Of a DNA stretch of 64,000 nt, positions 27,680 through 36,359 are shown piece after piece; the first letter of the stretch is position 1; each line of letters begins with the position of its first letter. The stretch is from positions 6,594 to 70,593 of the forward strand of contig CAWACS010000011.1 in the NCBI GenBank assembly GCA_963780535.1, read 5' to 3'. Under the pieces are notes generated by a model, which did no database searches, was not told where the DNA came from, and saw nothing but the letters and a program-made list of their open reading frames with translations. This DNA is from an uncultured Verrucomicrobiae bacterium. GTDB lineage: Bacteria; Verrucomicrobiota; Verrucomicrobiia; Limisphaerales; UBA11358. A program made the translations under genes and the position numbers.

Positions 27680-28966
27680 ATGTCAGGCGCTTTGAAGTTT
27701 CCAGACCGGTTTTTGTGGGGCACGGCCACGTCGCCCACCCAGGTGGAAGGCCACGTGGCCAATGAATGGACGGATTACGTCGCCGCGGACGGCGGTCATT
27801 GTCGCGTGGCCTGCAATCATTATCACCGCTACGCCGAGGACGTGGACTGGATGGCGCAACTGGGCGTGAACGCCTACCGGATGGGCATCGAATGGTCGCG
27901 CCTGCAAGCCGCGCCGTTCGCGCCGCTCAATGGCCAGGAACTGGAGCGGTACGTGGACCTGCTGGACCGGCTCAAGGCGGCGGGCATCACGCCGATGGTC
28001 GTGTTGCATCACTTTTCCAATCCGCCGTGGATTACCTCGGCCGGCGGCTGGTTGAATCCGGCCACGGTCCCGGCCTTCGTGGATTACGTCACCAAGCTGG
28101 TGTCGGCTTTGAAGGAACGGGTATATTTATGGAACACCTTCAACGAGCCGGACACGTACGCGTCGTTGACGTATCTGCTGGGCGGATTTCCGCCGTTTCA
28201 CAAATGGCGGCTGCGGTCGTATCGAAAAACCATCAAACACATGGCGGCGGCGCACGTTCGCGCGAGCGAAGTCATCCGCTTGGCGGGCCACGGCGGCCGG
28301 ACGCCGGAAATCGGCATCGCCAAGAACTGGACCTTTTTCGGGTCGTTCCAAAAGCACGCGCTGTGGGACCATTTGCTCGCGGGCATCTCCCATCACACCT
28401 TCAACCGTTTTGTGCTGAATGAATTCCTGGGCGGCCGGCGGCGGGCGGCCTCCACGTTTCTGGGGGTGAATTATTACGGGCTGACGCGGTTCAAAAATTT
28501 TGAGCCGATGGTTCCGGCCGGCGGCGCGTGCCCGAAACGACTGACGCGGTTGGGGGTGGTCTGCGACGACATGTTTGAGCGCCATCCCGGCGGTTTGGGA
28601 ATCATCCTGCGGAATCTTCACCGGCGGTACGGCCTGCCGCTGTACATCACCGAACACGGGACGGCATCCTCCGACGAGGATTTTCGCATCCTCGACCTGA
28701 CGGAACATCTGCGCGAGTTGCACGGCGCGGTGAAAGTGGGGGTGGACGTGCGCGGCTTTTTCTACTGGTCGCTGCTCGACAATTTTGAATGGCAATTCGG
28801 CTACTCGAAACGGTTCGGTCTGCTGTCGGTGAATTTCAACGACGAGAAACTGCCGCGCACGATGACGCGGGTCGGGGAATTTTACCGTGACATCTGCCGG
28901 GCGCGCGCGGCCACGCTGGCGCCGCCGGATACTTCCGTTCCCATTCACCGAATTTGCATTCCGTAA
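27680..28966 (+). CDS. Glycoside hydrolase family 1 beta-glucosidase
   Basis: FPDRFLWGTATSPTQVEG, NTFNEPD (acid/base Glu), ITEHG (nucleophile Glu) and YWSLLDNFEWQFGY. The ATG at 27680 is preferred to the TTG at 27581. Confidence 0.9.
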   Translation: MSGALKFPDRFLWGTATSPTQVEGHVANEWTDYVAADGGHCRVACNHYHRYAEDVDWMAQLGVNAYRMGIEWSRLQAAPFAPLNGQELERYVDLLDRLKAAGITPMVVLHHFSNPPWITSAGGWLNPATVPAFVDYVTKLVSALKERVYLWNTFNEPDTYASLTYLLGGFPPFHKWRLRSYRKTIKHMAAAHVRASEVIRLAGHGGRTPEIGIAKNWTFFGSFQKHALWDHLLAGISHHTFNRFVLNEFLGGRRRAASTFLGVNYYGLTRFKNFEPMVPAGGACPKRLTRLGVVCDDMFERHPGGLGIILRNLHRRYGLPLYITEHGTASSDEDFRILDLTEHLRELHGAVKVGVDVRGFFYWSLLDNFEWQFGYSKRFGLLSVNFNDEKLPRTMTRVGEFYRDICRARAATLAPPDTSVPIHRICIP

Positions 28967-28986
28967 AAAGCGTGTATATTTCGGCC

Positions 28987-30252
28987 ATGCTTGCGACACC
29001 GGAACTGATTCGTGAAGCCGCGCAAATACCGCAACTGGAAGGGCTCCTTCCCCGGTGGCGGGAGGTGCCGCTCTATCGTGATTCGCTGGCGCGAGCCGGG
29101 TGCGCCCCCCCCACCTTTGAGTGCTTCCAGGGTCTGCCGTTGCTGGGGAAGCCTGAAATGCGGAATGGCTTTCCAGGAAATTTCCTCGCCGACGGGCAAT
29201 CGCTCGAATGGTTGCTGGAGAAAAATCTGGTGGAACTGGAGCATACCTCCGGCACTTCCGAGGAACGGCTGCCGGTGTTGTTCGGTCGCGGCTGGTGGAA
29301 TGCGCAGGAGGAGAGCGCGCTGCGATTGAATGGATTGGTCGCCCGCGTGCTGGACGAACATCCGCCCGCCCGGCGCGCCACCCTGGTGCCGCCCGCGTGC
29401 AACGGCCTGACGTGCCCGACGGTCTGGATGTCCCGCGAACAGCGGACGCTGGGCAACGCGCTGTACGTGAATCTCGCACGCATTCCGTTTCTGCTGGGCG
29501 ACGCGGACCTGGCGCGCATGGCGGCGGAAATTGCCGGATGGGCGCCGCAATTCCTCGACCTAGACCCGGTTCATGGCGTCCGCTTCGCGTTGTATTGCGA
29601 GCAGCACGGAATCCAATTCCCTTCGCTGCGGTTTGTATTGTGCAGTTATGAATTTGTGAGCGTGGTGCATCGCCGGATTCTGGCGCGCGCCTTCAAGGTG
29701 CCGGTTTTCAATCTTTATGGGTCGACAGAGACCGGCCATCTGCTGATGGAAAATGAGCACGGCAATATGAAGCCCAGCTACGACACGGCATTTCTGGAAG
29801 TTGTAAACGCGGATGAACGGGGTGTTGGTGAGCTGGTGGTCACGACCCTCACCAACGATTACATGCCGTTGCTGCGTTACCGTATTGGCGACCTGGCGGA
29901 ACGGATCGAACGTCCCTATGCCAGCGATTTTGTGGTTCACGGCCGGATCCGCGACGCGCTGACGGTGGGTGACGGACGCCGGATCACGACCTGGCAGGTG
30001 GACCGGTGTTTTGCCGGGGTGGACGGCTTCGCCCATTACGAATTGCGCCAGGATGAGAATGGCGATTGCATTCTGCGCTTCGTGCCGGACGGCGCCGGGC
30101 CGTCGGCAAGGGAATTGGAGCGTGTTCGCTCGGGACTCGGCGGGCTGCTCGCGCTTCGAAATGCGATCAAAACCGAAGTCATGCCGGTTTTGGTGCCGGC
30201 GTCTTCCGGAAAGTTTCGTTTGACCCAGCGCACGGCCAAATCCGGCACCTGA
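28987..30252 (+). CDS. Adenylate-forming enzyme, phenylacetate-CoA ligase / F390-synthetase-like
   Basis: LEHTSGTSEERLPV (P-loop-like AMP motif), YGSTETGHL and YRIGD. ~420 aa. Confidence 0.6.
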   Translation: MLATPELIREAAQIPQLEGLLPRWREVPLYRDSLARAGCAPPTFECFQGLPLLGKPEMRNGFPGNFLADGQSLEWLLEKNLVELEHTSGTSEERLPVLFGRGWWNAQEESALRLNGLVARVLDEHPPARRATLVPPACNGLTCPTVWMSREQRTLGNALYVNLARIPFLLGDADLARMAAEIAGWAPQFLDLDPVHGVRFALYCEQHGIQFPSLRFVLCSYEFVSVVHRRILARAFKVPVFNLYGSTETGHLLMENEHGNMKPSYDTAFLEVVNADERGVGELVVTTLTNDYMPLLRYRIGDLAERIERPYASDFVVHGRIRDALTVGDGRRITTWQVDRCFAGVDGFAHYELRQDENGDCILRFVPDGAGPSARELERVRSGLGGLLALRNAIKTEVMPVLVPASSGKFRLTQRTAKSGT

Positions 30253-30317
30253 GGGTTTGACCTGGCCGGGGCCATCGCGGTATTTAATCGGCCATCGGGT
30301 TTCACGATTGGAGAATT

Positions 30318-30830
30318 ATGGGCAGCAACCTGTTGACGAACAATCCGTTCGCGGTTCTCACCTTCATCGCGGCGCCGGCGATTTTGACGAATGCGACGAG
30401 CGTGCTGGCGATGAGCACGATCAACCGCATGTTGCGCACGCGTGACCGGATGCACGAATTATTGAAGGAATCCGCCGATCCGGCCACTTCCCAGGAACCA
30501 CAATTCGTTGCAAAGGCCAACCGGGTCGAGCAGCAGGCCGTGCTCCTGTTGAGCGCGTTACGCTGGATTTATGTGGCGTTGGGCGCGTTTGCGGCGGCCA
30601 GTCTGGTGACGCTGCTCGGGGCGTTGGTTGGCGAATGGGGACATGAATCGCTCATCCGCGCTATCATCGGCGTCGGTTTGTTGCTCGGCTTTGTCGGCGT
30701 GGGCGGGTTGATGGGCGGCTGTGTGCATTTGTTCCATGCCACCCAGTTGTCGCTGGTGAACATCCGGGAGGAAGTGGCGTTGATCCGGGTGCGCCGCGAA
30801 CGGCCAAAAGATGCCGGACCGGCAGGTTGA
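30318..30830 (+). CDS. DUF2721-like membrane protein
   Basis: 170 aa. FIAAPAILTNATSVLAMSTINRMLRTRDRMHEL is followed by two or three hydrophobic helices. Confidence 0.55.
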   Translation: MGSNLLTNNPFAVLTFIAAPAILTNATSVLAMSTINRMLRTRDRMHELLKESADPATSQEPQFVAKANRVEQQAVLLLSALRWIYVALGAFAAASLVTLLGALVGEWGHESLIRAIIGVGLLLGFVGVGGLMGGCVHLFHATQLSLVNIREEVALIRVRRERPKDAGPAG

Positions 30831-30866
30831 AGGCAAGGCTTCGGCGGCTTAAACGGAAGGCGAATT

Positions 30867-31172
30867 ATGCTCGTGGTACATATCCATGTTCAGGTTAAAC
30901 CGGAATGCGTGGAGGCTTTCAAATCGGCGACGCTGGCGAACGCGCGCGCGAGCCTGCAGGAACCGGGCGTGGCGCGGTTTGACGTCGTTCAGCAGCAGGA
31001 TGATCCCGCCCGGTTCGTATTCGTGGAGGTGTATCGCGATGCCGCCGCCGCCGCCGCGCACAAGGAAACGGCCCATTATCCGGTCTGGCGTGACGCGGTC
31101 GCGCCGATGATGGCCGTGCCGCGCCAGAGTGTGAAGTTCGATAATGTGTTCCCGGAGGATACAGGGTGGTAG
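30867..31172 (+). CDS. Antibiotic-biosynthesis-monooxygenase (ABM) domain protein, YgiN-like
   Basis: 101 aa. [19 protein letters not shown]...[35 protein letters not shown]. Confidence 0.7.
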   Translation: MLVVHIHVQVKPECVEAFKSATLANARASLQEPGVARFDVVQQQDDPARFVFVEVYRDAAAAAAHKETAHYPVWRDAVAPMMAVPRQSVKFDNVFPEDTGW

Positions 31173-31218
31173 GGCCGACCTGCCGGTCGGCCAGGACGCG
31201 CGGCAGCGCGTCCCTACC
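31168..31218. repeat. GTAGGG-family palindromic element overlapping the stop codon of the ABM gene
   Basis: ggtagggccgacctgccggtcggccaggacgcgcggcagcgcgtccctacc has outer arms GGTAGGG/CCCTACC enclosing two internal hairpins. The TAG stop at 31170-31172 lies inside the element. Confidence 0.7.
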
Positions 31219-31231
31219 GGGAAAAAGCTGC

Positions 31232-32386
31232 ATGCACTTTGAATTTGCCACCGCCACGCGGATTGTCTTCGGTATCGGGACATTGCGTGAACTGGGCGCG
31301 ATCAGCGGAGGATTTGGTTCGCGCGCGCTGGTGGTAACCGGGCGCAATGCCAAACGCGCCGAACCTCTGTTTAAAATTCTCCACGATGCCGGCGTGAGGG
31401 CAACGACCTTTGCCGTGGCTGGCGAGCCGGAACTGTCAACCGTGGAGCAGGGGACGGAATTGGCAAAAACGGGGCGTTGCGAACTGGTCGTCGGCTTCGG
31501 CGGCGGCAGCGTGTTGGATGTGGCCAAGGCCATCGCCGCAATGCTGGCCAACGACGGTGAATTGCTGGATTACGTGGAAATCATCGGACGCGGCCGGGCG
31601 TTGACGAAGCCGTCCTTGCCGTTCGTCGCGATTCCGACCACGGCGGGGACCGGCTCGGAAGTCACGCGCAACGCCGTGCTGGCGTCGCCGGAACATAAAT
31701 TAAAAGTCAGCCTGCGCAGTCCGCTGATGCTGGCGCGCGTGGCGGTGGTGGATCCCGAACTCACCCATGATTTGTCGCCTGCACTCACGGCAAGCACCGG
31801 CCTCGATGCGCTCACCCAACTCATCGAGCCTTATGTCTGCCTGCGCGCCAACCCGCTGACCGACGGATTGTGTGGAGAAGGTCTTCGCCGCGCCGCGCGA
31901 TCGTTGCGGCTGGCATTTAATGATGGCCAAAACAAATCGGCACGCGAGAACATGGCCGCGGCGAGCTTGTTCGGCGGGCTGGCATTGGCCAACGCGGGTC
32001 TGGGGGCGGTGCACGGATTGGCCGGCCCGATCGGTGGCGGGTTTACCGCCCCGCATGGCGCGGTTTGCGCCGCGTTGCTGCCGCACGTGATGGACACCAA
32101 CCTGCGCGCGCTCTGGCAACGCGCTCCGGCCAGCGAGGCGTTGCGGCGTTACGACCAGGTGGCACGGTGGTTGACCGGCAACCCCGGTGCAGCCGGTGAT
32201 GACGGCGTGAAATGGGTCCGTGAACTGGTTGCCGATTTGCAAATCAAGCCGCTCGGACTTCACGGTATTCGCGCCGAGCACGTTGCCGATCTGGTGGCCA
32301 GAGCCGCGAACGCCAGCAGCATGAAGGCAAACCCCATCGCGCTGACACCGGAGGAATTGACGGAAATATTGCGTGCGGCAATCTGA
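31232..32386 (+). CDS. Iron-containing (group III) alcohol dehydrogenase
   Basis: GFGGGSVLDVAKAIA and PTTAGTGSEVT. The ATG at 31232 is preferred, because the track start at 31166 runs through the repeat. Confidence 0.85.
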   Translation: MHFEFATATRIVFGIGTLRELGAISGGFGSRALVVTGRNAKRAEPLFKILHDAGVRATTFAVAGEPELSTVEQGTELAKTGRCELVVGFGGGSVLDVAKAIAAMLANDGELLDYVEIIGRGRALTKPSLPFVAIPTTAGTGSEVTRNAVLASPEHKLKVSLRSPLMLARVAVVDPELTHDLSPALTASTGLDALTQLIEPYVCLRANPLTDGLCGEGLRRAARSLRLAFNDGQNKSARENMAAASLFGGLALANAGLGAVHGLAGPIGGGFTAPHGAVCAALLPHVMDTNLRALWQRAPASEALRRYDQVARWLTGNPGAAGDDGVKWVRELVADLQIKPLGLHGIRAEHVADLVARAANASSMKANPIALTPEELTEILRAAI

Positions 32387-32393
32387 TTCGGGA

Positions 32394-32858
32394 ATGAATC
32401 CAATCTGGCAAACCGATTCCATCATCGCGCACACACAAATGCTCGCGCGCAATTTCAGACAATGGACGGGGCGCGATTTGTTGCCGGGGCTTTTCAATCC
32501 GGCGGGGCTGGCGCGCCATGTGTTTGAAGCGCCGTTTGTGCTGGTATCGCATGGGACGGAAGCCGATCCTGTTCTGAACTACGGCAACCACGCGGCACTG
32601 GCCTTGTGGGAAATGTCATGGGCGGAACTGACCCACACACCGTCGCGTCTCACCGCCGAGGCGCCCAATCGCGCAGAGCGGGCGCGGTTGCTCGCGGCGG
32701 TGACGCAGCGCGGGTTCATTGACGATTACTCGGGCGTCCGCATTTCAAAGACCGGCCGCCGCTTTCGCATCGCCCGCGCAACGGTCTGGGATCTGGTGGC
32801 CGGTGATGGCCAACCCTGCGGCCAGGCGGCGATGTTTGACCGCTGGGAATTCATCTGA
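32394..32858 (+). CDS. MEKHLA domain protein
   Basis: [42 protein letters not shown]...[15 protein letters not shown] matches my memory of the MEKHLA/PAS-like family. Confidence 0.6.
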   Translation: MNPIWQTDSIIAHTQMLARNFRQWTGRDLLPGLFNPAGLARHVFEAPFVLVSHGTEADPVLNYGNHAALALWEMSWAELTHTPSRLTAEAPNRAERARLLAAVTQRGFIDDYSGVRISKTGRRFRIARATVWDLVAGDGQPCGQAAMFDRWEFI

Positions 32859-32905
32859 ATGCGAGGAACATTGAACACAAGCCGGATCAAATCCGTCGAA
32901 ACCGC

Positions 32906-33544
32906 GTGCGCTCAGCCGGAGTCATTCCGTTTGCGGCGTCGGCGTTGCTGGCGGTGGGCGTTGTGGTCTTCCCACGCAGCACCGGCGGTGCGCAGCCGGC
33001 GGCCATTTCAACCAATCCACCGATGGACATGAAAGATTTTAAGAAGCCCAGTGAAGTGCAGTTGAAAAAAGAACTCACCCCGGAACAATTCGCGGTCACG
33101 CAAAAAGCCGCCACCGAACCGGCCTTTCACAACGCCTACTGGGACAATCACGAGCCGGGGATTTACGTGGACGTGGTGTCGGGCGAGCCGTTGTTCAGCT
33201 CGCTGGACAAATTTGATTCCGGCTGTGGTTGGCCGAGTTTTACCAGGCCGGTCTCCAGCAAGGAGGTTACCGAGCACGCTGACCATTCGTACGGCATGAA
33301 CCGCATCGAAGTCCGGTCCCGTGCGGCCGATTCGCATCTCGGTCACGTATTTGACGATGGTCCGGGGCCGACACATTTGCGTTACTGCATCAACTCGGCA
33401 GCGTTGCGCTTCATCCCCCTGGATAAAATGCAGGCGGAAGGTTACGGCGACAGCCTGGCGCCCTTCATCAAGGCCGGCCTGTACAAGCCCGCGGACGCGC
33501 CAGCATCAACCAAAGGCTCGGCTAAGAAGCAGGAGCCGAGGTAA
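32906..33544 (+). CDS. msrB: Peptide-methionine (R)-S-oxide reductase MsrB with an N-terminal signal/anchor extension
   Basis: [28 protein letters not shown] and [10 protein letters not shown]...RYCINS. GTG start at 32906; an alternative ATG lies at 33023. Confidence 0.88.
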   Translation: MRSAGVIPFAASALLAVGVVVFPRSTGGAQPAAISTNPPMDMKDFKKPSEVQLKKELTPEQFAVTQKAATEPAFHNAYWDNHEPGIYVDVVSGEPLFSSLDKFDSGCGWPSFTRPVSSKEVTEHADHSYGMNRIEVRSRAADSHLGHVFDDGPGPTHLRYCINSAALRFIPLDKMQAEGYGDSLAPFIKAGLYKPADAPASTKGSAKKQEPR

Positions 33545-33755
33545 CGAGGCTCATTATATTCGATTTACGATATACGATTGACGCGCCGCATGGACCGTAG
33601 CGGCGTCTCAGCAGAGCGCCGCAAACTTTGGAGAATCGAAGAATGCGGCTTTTTGCCGAAAGCCGCTACGCCCTTTTGGCAGAGGTTTCAAAATCTCAAA
33701 TCGCAAATTCATTCGTGCGCTAAACAGGGTTTTCTGGTTTACTCCGCAAACTCTG

Positions 33756-35294
33756 ATGGACGACACGAATTCATTGATCGAACAACGCAAGGCCAAGCTC
33801 GCCGCGCTGCGCGCCAAGGGCACTGACCCGTTTAAAAACAAATTCACGCCGACCGAATCGTGTGCCGACGCGCGGAAGCATTACACCGAAGGCCGCGAGG
33901 TGGCCGTGGCCGGCCGCATCACCGCGCACCGGGACATGGGCAAATCCATGTTCATCGACGTGCGCGACCAGAGCGGGCGCATCCAGGTCTATGCGCAGAA
34001 AAATATTCTTGGCGACGAACTTTGGGAAATTTTCAAGCATCTTGATTTGGGAGATTTCGTCGGCGTGCGCGGCACGCTGTTCACTACCAAAACCGGTGAG
34101 ATTTCCATTAAATTAGGTGGCCGAGGCGAGCCAACTGTAGGACAGGCGTCGCGCCTGTCTCAAATCGAAAAAGAAAAATCAGAGACAGCCGCGACGGCTG
34201 TCCTACCCCCGTTTGTGATTGTGGCCAAGGCGCTCCGTCCGCCGCCGGAAAAATGGCACGGCCTCGCCGACACCGAAATCCGCTATCGCCAGCGCTATCT
34301 CGACCTGATGGCGAACCCGGAGGTGAAGGACGTTTTTCTCAAGCGCAGCCAGATCATCACCGAGCTCCGTAGTTTCCTGCAGTCGCGCGGCTTTGTCGAG
34401 GTGGAGACGCCGATGATGCAGGCGATTCCCGGCGGCGCGGCGGCGCAACCGTTCAAGACGCATCACAACGCGCTCGGCTGTGATTTTTACCTGCGCATCG
34501 CGCTGGAACTGTACCTCAAACGCCTGCTGGTCGGCGGCGTGGACAAGGTGTTTGAGATCGGCCGCAACTTCCGCAATGAGGGACTCTCGCGCAAACACAA
34601 TCCCGAATTCACCATGCTTGAGGCCTACCAGGCCTTCGGCGATTACGAGAGCATGATGGAACTGGTGCAATCCATGATTTGCCACGTTGCGGAAAAGGTT
34701 CTGGGGACATTGAAAATTGAAACGAAAGATGGCGAAGGCAAAGTTGTAAAGACGATTGACCTCACACCGAACTGGCGTCGGGTCAAATACAAGGACCTCG
34801 TGCGCGAAAAGGCCGGGGCGGATTGGTTCGAGGTTTCTCTGGCTGAGCGCCGCCAACGCGCGCACGATCTCGGCGCGGAAATCACCAAGGACTATCAGGA
34901 TTTTGAGGTCACCGGGGCAGTGTTTGAGAAATTGATCGAGCCGACGTTGATTCAGCCGACGTTCGTCACGCATCTGCCGAAGGAACTCGTGCCGCTGGCC
35001 AAGCTTTCGCCCGACGACCCGACGACCGTCGAAGTCTTTGAATGTTGCATCAATGGCCAGGAGATAGCTCCAGCTTACACTGAGCAGAATGATCCGATTG
35101 AGCAGCGCGAACGGCTGGAGCATCAAGCGGGTGGCGAGCAGCAGAAATTGGACGAGGATTTTCTCATCGCGCTGGAGCACGGCATGCCACCGGCGGGCGG
35201 CATGGGGATGGGCATTGACCGTCTGTGCATGATGCTGCTCGGCCAGGAAAGCATCCGCGACGTGATCCTGTTCCCACAATTAAAGCCGAAATGA
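33756..35294 (+). CDS. lysS: Lysine--tRNA ligase (class II) carrying a ~30-aa in-frame insertion
   Basis: An OB-fold N-terminus (VAVAGRITAHRDMGKSMFIDVRDQSGRIQVY) is followed by KALRPPPEKWHGLADTEIRYRQRYLDLM, then class II motifs up to [29 protein letters not shown]. Confidence 0.95.
   Translation: MDDTNSLIEQRKAKLAALRAKGTDPFKNKFTPTESCADARKHYTEGREVAVAGRITAHRDMGKSMFIDVRDQSGRIQVYAQKNILGDELWEIFKHLDLGDFVGVRGTLFTTKTGEISIKLGGRGEPTVGQASRLSQIEKEKSETAATAVLPPFVIVAKALRPPPEKWHGLADTEIRYRQRYLDLMANPEVKDVFLKRSQIITELRSFLQSRGFVEVETPMMQAIPGGAAAQPFKTHHNALGCDFYLRIALELYLKRLLVGGVDKVFEIGRNFRNEGLSRKHNPEFTMLEAYQAFGDYESMMELVQSMICHVAEKVLGTLKIETKDGEGKVVKTIDLTPNWRRVKYKDLVREKAGADWFEVSLAERRQRAHDLGAEITKDYQDFEVTGAVFEKLIEPTLIQPTFVTHLPKELVPLAKLSPDDPTTVEVFECCINGQEIAPAYTEQNDPIEQRERLEHQAGGEQQKLDEDFLIALEHGMPPAGGMGMGIDRLCMMLLGQESIRDVILFPQLKPK
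34137..34206. repeat. 70-nt inverted-repeat (REP/MITE-like) element embedded in frame in lysS
   Basis: The arms are gtaggacaggcgtcgcgcctgtctc (34137-34161) and gagacagccgcgacggctgtcctac (34182-34206), complementary at 23/25 positions. A 20-nt A-rich spacer separates them. The element is related to the GTAGGG family. Confidence 0.75.
35208..35294 (+). repeat. Direct repeat, left copy: the functional 3' end of lysS
   Basis: 79/87 nt identical to 38744..38830 by hand alignment. Confidence 0.9.
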
Positions 35295-35297
35295 ACT

Positions 35298-36281
35298 ATG
35301 GCGGAACAGACCACCTGCCCGATTTGCGAAGAAAAAGTAACGGTTGATCCTTACGAGGGGGGAAGTTACAAACTCAATTGCGTTCGTTGTGGGCGGTTTT
35401 CAGTTTCCAAACTTGCTCTCAATCCTCTTTCCACGGACGTACATTTCAACCGAGCCAATCTTTCGGGCTGGATTCGGGAAAATCAGGGATACCAAATCAC
35501 CGAAAATAATTTGCATTCACTCCTCCAAATAAAATCGCCAGCAGTTGGCGTAAAAGGTGAAAAGCTTTTACTTTGGTTTGCAAAAACCAATCCTAAAGCT
35601 GGGACTAAAATTCGAATCGTTACCGAATCTTTCACTGGTCCTGTTGGGGTAAGACTATCAGGAATGGACGCATCACGGCTGAAGTATCTCATAAAGCCAG
35701 AATTGCTCGCTTGTAGTTGGGCCCAAGACTTCCAAGAATTTTTTTACATCCTTGAACAATATCTCGAAAACGAAGTTGGCCAGATTGAGTTCCGGGGCAG
35801 CGATTACAGGATCACTCCAAGAGGTTGGGCGCATCTTCAGTCCCTGCAACAAACCAATGCTCAAAGTCAAATTGGTTTCGTTGCAATGTGGTTTGATAAA
35901 TCCGTTGATCCGGCTTGGACAGCTATTGATGCTGGAATCCGAAGTTCTGGTTACGAACCATTGCGAATTGATCGCAAAGAACACAATAACAAGATTGATG
36001 ACGAAATTATTGCAGGTATCCGTCGCAGCAAATTTCTTGTTGCCGATTTCACTGGTCATCGCGGCGGGGTTTATTTTGAAACCGGATTTGCGACCGGACT
36101 TGGGTTGCCAGTAATTTGGCTCTGTCGCCAGGATGAATTGGAGAAGACCCATTTCGATACGCGGCAATACAATTTCATCGTTTGGGAAGCTGATAAGCTG
36201 TCCGAGCTTGAAAAGGTACTGCAAAACCGGATTGAGGCTACCATCGGGCGTGGTCCGTTGACCGCAAACGTCGTGACGTGA
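35298..36281 (+). CDS. Zinc-ribbon / winged-helix-like / C-terminal TIR- or nucleoside-2-deoxyribosyltransferase-like domain protein (candidate effector or sensor)
   Basis: The N-terminus is CPICEEKV...CVRCGRF (CxxC...CxxC). The mid region ends in DYRITPRGWAHLQSL. The C-terminus reads IGFVAMWFDKS...IDDEIIAGIRRSKFLVADFTGHRGGVYFETGFATGLGLPVIWLC. This is the Rossmann-like pattern with a conserved Glu that I associate with the TIR/NDT superfamily. The ATG is 3 nt after the lysS stop. Confidence 0.7.
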   Translation: MAEQTTCPICEEKVTVDPYEGGSYKLNCVRCGRFSVSKLALNPLSTDVHFNRANLSGWIRENQGYQITENNLHSLLQIKSPAVGVKGEKLLLWFAKTNPKAGTKIRIVTESFTGPVGVRLSGMDASRLKYLIKPELLACSWAQDFQEFFYILEQYLENEVGQIEFRGSDYRITPRGWAHLQSLQQTNAQSQIGFVAMWFDKSVDPAWTAIDAGIRSSGYEPLRIDRKEHNNKIDDEIIAGIRRSKFLVADFTGHRGGVYFETGFATGLGLPVIWLCRQDELEKTHFDTRQYNFIVWEADKLSELEKVLQNRIEATIGRGPLTANVVT

Positions 36282-36359
36282 TCCTATTTCCATAGTTGAA
36301 GCGGAAATGGGTGAGACGCATTGCTTGATTCGAGCACGGGCTGATGAAATACTGGGCCA

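Noticed and set aside
33559-33580. Three tandem heptamers (cgattta cgatata cgattga) upstream of lysS, and nearby hairpins, considered as a leader or riboswitch.
   Set aside because: The repeat is very short. It shows no similarity to a lysine riboswitch or T-box as far as I can judge, and no conserved structure is demonstrable from a single sequence.
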